Translations under genes and position numbers: made by a program
Source of the DNA: Hydrurus foetidus
Taxonomy: Eukaryota
Direction: 5' to 3'
Assembly (NCBI GenBank): GCA_900617105.1
Contig: UYFQ01000473.1
Location: 50,781-70,780, forward strand
DNA: 20,000 nucleotides
In this document: positions 1-9,835 of the stretch, piece after piece
Position numbering within the stretch: position 1 is the stretch's first letter
Layout: each line of letters begins with the position of its first letter
The notes under the pieces: generated by a model
Seen by the model: only the letters and a program-made list of their open reading frames with translations
The model's database searches: none
Told to the model about the DNA's origin: nothing

Positions 1-247
1 TGTACTTGGCTGTAGTGATGTACAAGTCACTTGTGTGTGAAGGGCTTGAGATAGTTTGTTTTGGATTTTGACAACAACGCATGCAGTGTTGACATGTGCA
101 CGCCTACTCACGCGTAGTACTGGTCACCACTGAATATAGCTGGAATGCAGTATATCTCGCCGACCTTGCCCTTCTGACCTAATCAACAGTGCACTAATAT
201 TGACCAATTCATTTTCTCTATTACGTGCGTCATCTCATGCTCATCAG

Positions 248-3200
248 ATTGGTGCGTATACTGGGAGAGCTGTACAACTATTCCGTAGTGTCCGCTCCGG
301 TAATATACGAATTGCTTTACACGGTTATCAACTACGGGCACCTCAAGGAGACTAGGGGGGACGAGGTGAAGAAAGCTCTGTCTGTAGGGGAGGCCCCACA
401 CAGGTGCGACATCCATTTGACCGATACTACTCCAATGCAATGTTACGTGACGTAATGTTATGTCATGTGATAAGATGGGATATGATAAGACATACAATAA
501 AGCGCTATATGGCGTGATATAATTCAATATGATAGAGTATGATGCGATGTGATATGATATTATGGGATATTTCGTGTCGTGATACGATTTGATGTGCCCT
601 CTTGATCGTAGACTCTTATTACGTTCCACTGTACCTTGTCACATGACTTGAGGGACTGTCTTGTGTGGAAGAAATTAGTTGAGAATACTCAGTTGCACTG
701 CTGCATTACAAGTCACCACTTACCCTCACAACTAATTCGATCACATGTCTCTAATCTGACAATCACATCCTCAATCAACACCACACCACACCGCACCGCT
801 CCACACCACTCTCCCACACTCCTCTTCACTTCTCATCACTGCAACTCACTGTGCATTCTCTCAGATACGATCCTCGAGTGGTGTCCGATCTAGACCCCCC
901 TGGAGATCTCTTTCGAGCCCAACTTGTATGTGAAGCACTGAACACATGCGGTGCGTACTACGTGAGAGGACAGGCAAAAGAGCGATTGTCCCGCTACCTG
1001 GTGTACTTCCAGAGGTACCTATTGTCCAAGCCACTGCTCCCCACACACATAGAGTTTGCTATACTCGACACTTTCGACAATCTGGAAGAGCTGGCGAGGT
1101 CGGCAGCAATCGCATCTGCTGTCAAGGCGAAGAGCTCCCAGCCTGCCATGAAGGTTACACACTGCTGCACTGCTCTGCTCTGCTTTCTTGTTGGGCAGTG
1201 TTGTTTTGTGTATTGCTGTGCTTTAGCAGAAAAATATTTCCGTTTTACGACTGAAGGCATTGTGTGACTTTCCTGTGTTGCACTCAATTCTGCACTACAC
1301 TAAACGACACTGTGACCTCCTCTATTTACTATCACCCTCCCCACACAAATGCAAGTTTCAGTGCTACCAACTTTCACCAACGATACTGACCCCCATCATC
1401 CCCCCCTCTTCCCTTCCCCCTCTCTTCCTCTTCTCTCTCTCCTTCCCTTCTTTTTAGGGCAAGAACACCGCGACAGCTCTCGCTGCTCTCAAAGCAGCAG
1501 CTACTCTGGAAGTGCTCAGTGCGGGACCTCTGTTCCCTCGATACGACTCCATGGACCAGGTCAGTCCCGATTCTTCTTGATTCGCCTTTTAAATTTATCT
1601 TTTCGATTTTTCTTTTCGATTTATCCATTTGATTCATTTTCTCAATTCATGTGATTTGTACTGACACCTACGTGTAATGTATCATTAGTTCTACTGAGTT
1701 GAATGCGCGATGCGATGCTGCATCTCTCATTGTTGACGACACAGCAGAGCGTCAAAGAGGAGCATACTACACCTACCCCACCACACCACACCCCTCATCT
1801 CCTCTCCTCTAAATGCAGTACTTACATTCATACCATCTGTACCCTCTACCCCATCCTGCCACTTCCCCACATCCCACGTCCCCTTTCGATCATGTCTGAC
1901 TGCAGGTACAGCTGGCTATCGAGCTACTGGAGGTCAAGCCAGAGGAAGCCGTGCTAGACGTGGAGGAAGAAGAGGTGTGGCGAAGTGTGATGTGTTGAAT
2001 TGAATATGAGATGAAGGGAATGTCGATCGCATTCCTTTTCATCACTTCATCTCCTACAGTCTCATCTATACCTTCATCTATACCATCATCTATGCAATTC
2101 CATTATCTATACCATCACCTATACCATCATCTATGCAATTATCATTATCTATACCTTAATCTATACCATCATCTATGCAATTCCATTATCTATACCATCA
2201 CCTATACCATCATCTATGCAATTATCATTATCTATACCTTAATCTATACCATCATCTATGCAATTCCATTATCTATACCTTAATCTATACCATCATCTAT
2301 GCAATTCCATTATCTATACCATCATCTATACCATCATCTATGCAATTCCATTATCTATACCATCATCTATACCATCATCTATGCAATTCCATTATCTATA
2401 CCATCATCTATACCATCATCTATGCAATTCCATTATCTCCTGTTTTTAAACTACACAACACCTCCCTTCAAAGTCGCTCCTGAGCATTTCTTCTCTCCTC
2501 TTCCTGTTACATCAACCAATAATGTACGTACGTACATAGGATGAAGAGGTCGAGCCTGACGAAGACGAAATGACTGAGGAGGATGAGGAGGAAGAAGGTG
2601 CGTGTGATCTCGTTTATCGCTGCCACCTGCCACGCACTCTATAAATTGAATCCATCACTTTCCCTCTTAAGTGTTATACCACATTGTGTCGTCAGGAGCT
2701 GTGATGTGATGTGTTGTGTTATCACATTATTTGACACGCTATATCATACTGTAATGTGATGAATGACAATCTCCGTGTAACGGTTCCTCTACATCCTACA
2801 CTTCTCTCAACTTCATGACTCCCAGGCGCTCTGTGCGATGCAGATGCGGAAGAGAGGGAGAAGGAGGAGCAGTTGTTCAGGAGGAGAGCAGAGGAGGAGG
2901 TGAGAGCTGCATTGGATGTTCAACTGCGTTTTGTGTATTGATGTAGTTGCTTCTCTCAGTTTATTTGTCATGCATCGCATCATTTTGTAATCCACAGTGG
3001 GTGGTGTTGTGACGTTGATCATATAGCGTAACGCGCATGTACGCTTGTGCGCGTAATTACACACACATGCCATGCAGCTACATCCATTATCTAACACTAT
3101 ATCATCCCACATCATTTCGCGTTATGTCTATTTATTAACAAGACTATTTATGTATTCCTGTCTGTAGGAGGAGGAAATGTCCGAGAGGGAAGCAGCACGT

Positions 3201-5513
3201 ATGCTCGAACGGTTACGAGCTACAGAGGAAGACGAGGAATTCGAAAGGGCTTTCAGATCCATGGTGCGTCCCGTCGCTTTGCCTGTGTGTGTGCCTTTGT
3301 TTGCCTGTATGTCTGTATGTCTATGCAGCTGTCCAATGCTCCCACAATCTGTACAATTCACTGCAATCGCATAACACAGCACACTATTGCCTGACATGTA
3401 ATGCACCGCCTTTACTCTTCATACGCGTGACCCGCTGGAGAGTTACCGTGGTTTTTGAGAGTCTCAAACCTGATTCCTATTTTGTTCCGCATATATGTTA
3501 GAAAGTCCTGCTCATGTCGACAATATTCTATCCATCCTCTATCTACGAACCCTTCCATCTATCTGTTCATCAAGTAGTTCACTCATCCATCTTTGGACTT
3601 ATCTATCCATTCATCTATCTATCTATCTGTCTATCTATCTATCTATCTATCGAATTATTTATCAAGTCATTCATGCTATCCTGTCATCCGTCTGTGCAGG
3701 TGCATGAAAGTGTGCAGGGAGTGCGTACTGTTGGTTCGTTCAAAGGAGCCGCCACAGACCGCATGGCAATACCAGGTATCAAATTACCTTATCTCTCTTC
3801 TCTCCTCTCTTCTCCGCTGCAGTCACAGTATCTTGCTGTATCGTAGGTGCCTTATTTCTTTTTCTCTTATAATTTTGTTGGGCAATAAAGGCATATTTCA
3901 TTTTAATTTCAACTGTAACTGCTGATTGACGAGCAAGGGTGCAGCGCAATCTAATTGACATCCCCCTCATCCTCACTCTTTCTCTCTGTCAATCTATCCG
4001 TGTGTCTGCCTATACGCCTGTCTGTCTGCCTGTCTCACTTCTCACTTTTTTATTCTCCCAGCTGTTCTTCCTAAGGCGAAGAACATTCTCGCATCAAGAT
4101 TCCGCAGCGGCAGTGCGGATGAAGATGATCTCCTGGGATCCGACATCAACGACTTCAGGTACCGCACTGCACTGTACTGTCTTGCACTGAACTGCATCTT
4201 GCTACACTGCACTGCACTGTTTTGCATCTTGCTACACTGCACTGCACTGTGCTGTCTTGCACTGCACTATATTATCACCCTCTTCTGAACTCTGCTTTGC
4301 TGTGCTGAAGTGTTGTGAGGATCTCATATTTTTCTCCAACACAGTACAATTTTTGCAGCAAAGCTATGTGAAGAGATAATTAATCTCTCCAATTATTCTA
4401 ATCGATGACGTCACACCTATCATCATGTCCAATAAATTTAGTCCCCCCGGCAGAGCTGTGGTCGCCTTCAAGCTGTTGTCCAGAGACACGAGGGGAAGGG
4501 TGGAGGCGAGGCAGCTGCTGGTGCCGGAACAAGTACGTCACTGCTTTACTGTGAACCGCTCGTTAATGTGCTCATAACTTTGTACTCTACTGCACTGCAC
4601 TGCACTGCACTGCAACCCACTGCACTGCACTGCACTGCAACCCACTGCACTGCACTGCACTGCACTGCAACCCACTGCACTGCACTGCACTGCACTGCAC
4701 TGTAGGATGTACGCCACGATATGATGACGAGAAAATTATGTGCAATTCATGACTTGTTTACACTCACCCAATAACTCCCGTACGCTCTCAGGCTCCCATG
4801 GCCATCAAATTAGCGAAAGCAGAAGCTGCATTAAGGCTGGAGAAACTTATCCTAAAGGAAAGAGTGCTTCAAATAGACTCCCTCACGGAGATGAGCGAAG
4901 ACTTCCCAGCCCCTATAGAGTACGTGCACAACCGATCTCTCGACTCTGAGGGTGACAGACAAGGGGGAAGGGGCCAGCAGGGACAGGGACAAGGGCAGGG
5001 GGGAAGTGTGAGTGGGGGTGGTCGGTCGGGGGGTAGGTCCTCTTCAGGTCGCAGTAGCGTGCAAGCGGGTAGAGGGTTTGGGGGGTACGCCCTGAGGGGT
5101 AATGATGACAGAAAGCCCGTGGACACTTTGGACTTGGATCAGTTCTTAGCAGAAACTAGCAAGTCAGAGATGAGAGCCATGCATGCAGGCAGACCCCAAG
5201 CAGGGGGACAGTCTTCAGCGGGTAGAGGAGGCAGCGGTGAGTTATAAAATTGACTGGCTCCGTGTGGTTATTTTCTGCTGCCTTCATTATTTGGTGTATG
5301 GGTCTTTGTTATGATGGTTTCTATTACTTTCTCTTTCTCTACATCATCACCATCACTATCACCACCCTTCTCATCGTCACTACCACCATGATTGTAATCG
5401 TCATAATTCTGATTCTCTCTTCCTCCACTACAGCACCAGGCAGTGTAGCACCGTGCGGACTGTACTTACCCGGTGGCAGCTCAAACAGCGGGAACTGGAG
5501 AGAACGTCGTTAG
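248..5513 (+). CDS. UPF2: Regulator of nonsense transcripts 2 (UPF2), 3' part; 5' exons lie upstream of the window. Exons: 248-403, 865-1153, 1458-1559, 1906-1974, 2540-2597, 2826-2899, 3168-3263, 3700-3775, 4062-4158, 4442-4532, 4792-5236, 5434-5513
   Basis: Hand-spliced GT-AG exons keep one frame with matching phases. The peptides RILGELYNYSVVSAPVIYELLY and DPPGDLFRAQLVCEALNTCGAYYVRGQAKERLSRYLVYFQRYLLSK match, from memory, the end of the third MIF4G domain of UPF2. They are followed by an acidic E/D tract, the helix EEDEEFERAFRSMVHES and the C-terminal segment AFKLLSRDTRGRVEARQLLVP...LILKERVLQI, the order typical of the UPF1-binding region. Confidence 0.9.
435..590. repeat. Degenerate pentamer microsatellite (TGATA/TGTNA-like) in UPF2 intron
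   Basis: Roughly 5-nt periodicity is visible (tgtta cgtga cgtaa tgtta tgtca tgtga taaga tggga tatga taaga...). Confidence 0.6.
2064..2438. repeat. Compound minisatellite (units ATCTATACCATC, ATCTATGCAATTCCATT, ATCTATACCTTA) in UPF2 intron 1975-2539
   Basis: Directly visible tandem units of 12 and 17 nt. It explains the repetitive ORFs (MQFHYLYHHLYHHLCN) in all three + frames. Confidence 0.95.
3601..3651. repeat. (ATCT)n microsatellite, intronic
   Basis: atctatccattcatctatctatctatctgtctatctatctatctatctatc. Confidence 0.9.
4161..4268. repeat. Degenerate (ACTGC)n pentamer repeat, intronic
   Basis: actgc units with an internal duplication of tgcatcttgctacactgcactgcactgt, starting right after the donor at 4159. 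Confidence 0.85.
4589..4702. repeat. (ACTGC)n pentamer repeat with three AACCC interruptions, intronic
   Basis: Directly visible near-perfect array. Confidence 0.95.
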
Positions 5514-7389
5514 ACTTACTCACCGCTTGATGAACTGGCACATAGATGGGACCAATCATACAAGCTGCCAAGCGCACTGAAAAGCGACAACTGGCAGAGA
5601 GCCTATCTTGCTGTTGGACTGACTCACTCACCGACCGACTGCCATTTCTCCTCAAGATGCACTAAAGAAGACAGACTGTACCTTTTGTGATCCCCATCTG
5701 TGACTACGGTCAGACACTCTGCTCTCCGTTCTCCGCTCCTCTCAGTGCTGGACATAGCAGGACAGAAAAGGACTGGACAGTACTTAAAAGTGTCGAACAG
5801 AATCATACTGAACTGTACCCCTGCGGGCTGGACTGTAGCCGACTCTCCCCTGATATCCCATCCTGGGACCTTGGATCAGAATCAGGAACTAGACCCAGAA
5901 GCCCAGACTGCTTGAGAGAGATTCCTCCTTTGACTCAGTTATACGGGGTACAGTCTGCCACACAGACTTGAAGGATCTTTTGATGTTCTGATTGGGCTGA
6001 TCGAGAGTCTATGCAATCGACAATACACACCGCTGAGATGGGACCTGCTGATAGGGTGGATAGCATGTAACCATGAATTGGGCGAGGAGACGAATGGTGC
6101 GCGTGTGAGAATGTGATCTCTGATATCGCTACCTATGTAAACACTTTATTCTGTTCAAAAGAGCTCTCTATTCTGCTCCCGTACAGCGATTACTACGTAC
6201 CCCGTGGATGCGTACCTATCTTATACAGTCATGCCCTGTTCTGTTCTATTTTCTCCTCACCCAATCAAATGCATCTTGCGCCGCCTACTCTCATCCGTCC
6301 TATCCTGCTTTCACCTCTCCTCTCCTGTCCCATCCTATCTATCCATTCCCACCCTCTCCATTCCTGCCATATCTCCTCTAATGTTGCCTCTGCGATAACG
6401 CCTCCGCTGTGCTGCACTGCTGCCCACTGATTGGCTAATTTAACAGCTGAGCTGCACTCTATCTCTCTGAAATTGCATCTGAGGACACATCGTGCCGTGC
6501 TGAATCGAGAGTCGAGTCAAGCAGACCGCGTTGTTGTGAGGGCTCATCTATCTGATGCTAGTATTTTACGATGTCTATGTACTGTACGCACATTCATTAT
6601 ATGATGTAACCATGGATGTCTCTCAGTTTCTTTCCATTCTACACCATCTACAAAATAAAACTAATCAAGTCACTGCATGAAATTCATGTTTTTAATCAAA
6701 ACGCATGAAACTGACACCAACATGTGGAGATTTTGTTGTTTGTTCAATTTCGCGTTACGTGTAACTGGATCATACTCGAAGTTGAAGTTGAGTGATCCTG
6801 CAGTATCAACGAAATTCTGCAGACATCTCTCACAGGATCCAGATTTGTGAAAGCAATAGGCACCTGCGCGATGGAGGAGCCAGTGACCTATCATCCTGAA
6901 TGCAAGGCTAAGCTGGTGAGTCAACGGTTAGATCAACTTACAGATCTTGCTGTTGTTTGTATTCGGCTACACCAGCAGGATTACAGCAGTCATAGGGATA
7001 TGTGAAGCGCGTCAACATTGTTTTGTCCGTTCACCTAACGTCGCTGTATTTAGAAGCCAGAAATGATGGAGGTCTGTAATACTGTGTTAAGTAATTCTCA
7101 CTACGTTACTTAAGCGTGAAAACAATGTGCTAGATGCAACAAATTCAATGTCGTCGCCGACCCGCAAAGGCTTGAGCTCAAACTGCTGACAGAGGGTTGA
7201 CAATCTTTTCAGTTTTCTTGAACAAAGAAACCGTGTAATATTTTTCACCTTGTATTTAATCCTAACTCTCTCTCTAAAGCATATTTAATATTTAATGTTC
7301 AGCAGGTCTCAATCTATCACTGTCATTCATCGATGACAAGTCGCAAAAAAGCCTGAAGCATTTGTGGCATTCTTTCTGTGCGTGTCAGC

Positions 7390-8695
7390 ATGAAGATTCC
7401 AGATCGAATCAGCTATTCAACAAAAGCGGGCATGTCACGATTGACGATGATATCAGTCAATATGCTGATGACGTACATCAATTCCGTATCAGCATCATAT
7501 CCCTCAAATTCTACAAATAGCGCTAATATTTACGGGAGTAGAGACAGATCCAATCAATCAGTGAGCTCAGGGCACAGAACGGTGGAAGAGTTCAATCCCC
7601 TAATAACAGTCATTACCGATGACGTAAACGATGGAAGAGTTAAAGTTTCTATGTGTAAAAACGCCATATTCATGAATTGCCCCATCACTGCAGGCAGAAA
7701 AGTCCATCTCAACGAAACAGTCGCATGTTTGCTACATGAATTAGATCAATTGGATGAGGAAGGGACCTGTGCGATGGTTTTTACGAGCATAATAAAAAAT
7801 GTTTTTGAGGCTTGCAACAGCACAGGACCGGAAGGACTCTGCTTCAATATAACAAAAATTCCTAACAGGCCCTACTATCTCGAGAAACTTTCTGATTTGA
7901 CGTGCTTCGCTCAGAACTACTTTGCGGATTCTTCATTCTGTCGTGATCAGCTGGACGATTTGATAGGAGACGTTATCCCTTGTGCAGCCGAAGCAGGAAA
8001 ATACTGTCCCCGTCAATCTGAAGATCCTATGCCATGCCTGAATGCAACTCATTCAAACGCTTCAGTAACGGATTTCAGCATAGGTTGCATTGGTCTCCTA
8101 TCGACTTGGTCACTTGAGAGGAATTCTGATGACTCCGATACTGATGACATCACCGATAATGATGATAACGTGTGGAATGCGAAGCAGAAAACACGAGACT
8201 CCTTATATTTACAAGACAGCACAATGGGAAGCCGAGTTTTGAAAGGTGCATTACAATACAGTGGAGTAGTTTTACTTATCAATCACATGATTTTTGTTCC
8301 TGACCTAAGGCTTGTTGCTACACCTCAAGCGAATAGCTTGTTATAGCTAACAATGCACAAATTGCTCTGTAAGGGACGAGTTGTATATGTTGCTATACAG
8401 GCAATATGATTCTGGAGCAGTATCTAACAGCTAGCAATCTTCTGACCGTATGACAAAAAACGTTACTATTATTACTCCTTTTGAATATTTAGGAGGGCTC
8501 GGTCTCGCCCTGTTCTGCTTCTTCATGATAATCTACTGCATACAGAGATTCGGAACATCCGGTGACGTCAGCAAGGGAACTCAAGATAGTGAATCTTCAA
8601 GGGGCATGTACATACGTACAGCTACAGGACCGGATGACTGGGAAGTGGAACAAGAGGACGAAGAGGAGGATGATTGGAGACCTACTGAGATATAA
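7390..8695 (+). CDS. Hypothetical Cys-rich secreted or type-I membrane glycoprotein; exon 1 ~7390 (or 7432) to ~8245/8265, probable last exon 8435-8695
   Basis: The ORF of about 320 codons has a weak signal-like N-terminus (MSRLTMISVNMLMTYINSVSA), 12 Cys and several N-x-S/T sequons. The downstream ORF has a hydrophobic helix (YLGGLGLALFCFFMIIYCI) and an acidic tail. The splice joining the two parts is uncertain and I recognise no family. Confidence 0.55.
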
Positions 8696-9243
8696 ACCTT
8701 CATGAACAGTATTATTACCTCTTAACTATGTTAATTTACTGTCCGTCTGTCGCGTTGCATCCTATACCATTCTAGCTCGTATCAATTTGAAGTTATATTA
8801 TTCTCAGGCCTTTCTTTAACGCATTTCCTTTCGGAAGAATTATCCTCTGAAAGAAAGTCAGCTGCGTCTCATGCGTGTTGTGTTATCCCCTTTTCCTTCC
8901 CTTTCTCCCGCAACCTCTGTCTCCGTCTCGAAGTTGAGATGCCGCCATATCAATATCGCTTACTTAGCACGATTAATGAATACTGTGCATTTACATGATA
9001 AAATAAAAAAGAACGAGAATTTTATACAGTTTTTAACGTACATGCAAGGGCTACGAATAAAAGAAGACGTAGCAGACAGGACTATGGACCAAGTCGCGAC
9101 AGAATTTCAGAGTTGCGGAGACTTCTGTACTAAAAAAGAGATTTCTGTACTGAACAAGGAGGCTGTCCCGTTCTTAGAAGCTGTGTAGGCGGATGGGATT
9201 TGAGATGTATTCTACTCATAATATGTAGGCTAATCTTGGGAAC

Positions 9244-9333
9244 TCCTATATAGGATCTGGAGTATAGGGTTTTCTTTTATCCTATATAGGATACCATATG
9301 AAGGATTTTTGAAAAACTAAATAGGGATCCTAT
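9244..9333. repeat. Cluster of CCTAT/ATAGG palindromes
   Basis: TCCTATATAGGA (9244-9255), TATCCTATATAGGATA (9278-9293), ATAGG-GAT-CCTAT (9321-9333). Confidence 0.8.
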
Positions 9334-9835
9334 CCTATCGGTTATACAGCTTCAAAATGGGAGTGACGATGTACAGGACTAAATATAATTGAAGACAGGG
9401 TCTTTCTAGAGAGTATGTTACACGGCTTCTCAAATGCTGTTCGTGCTTGTGCGTCCCGACACCACATTACATTACATTACAATACAGCACAACACAACAC
9501 GTTGCCTTCAATTCAATTGTCTGCATCATGGAGTGGTGGGTAAGATCGTAATTTGAACATGACATGATTTGATTTGATGTGATGGAATTCTAGTGAGTGA
9601 TGTACAGTGTACGTGTCTGAGGCTTCCAAAGCAACAGAGCACGTACGTACCGTGCTGCACAGAATGTACATGTAATTCGTCTCCTCTGTATTTTGCTTAT
9701 TTTCATTCGACCAGTCCGGATAATTTACAATAGCAGGGCCACATGACAGATGCTAGAAGCACCCTTGGTCGACGACACTACAGAACAGACACCCACTACT
9801 TTGACGCTAATACATATATATAGCTGCGTGACCAT

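Noticed and set aside
2011..2544. His/Tyr-rich repetitive ORFs, and the array as a possible CRISPR
   Set aside because: They are translations of an intronic minisatellite with no unique spacers, and the context is eukaryotic.
5514..6660. Short ORFs downstream of UPF2
   Set aside because: No consistent exon chain or protein-like signal; likely 3' UTR or intergenic.
6836..7356. Possible upstream exon (CACAG|...CTG|GTGAGT, ~6836-6915) spliced to ~7306 to extend the Cys-rich gene
   Set aside because: The resulting frame hits TGA at 7354-7356 before the main ORF. At most a 5' UTR exon or uORF, unsupported without transcripts.
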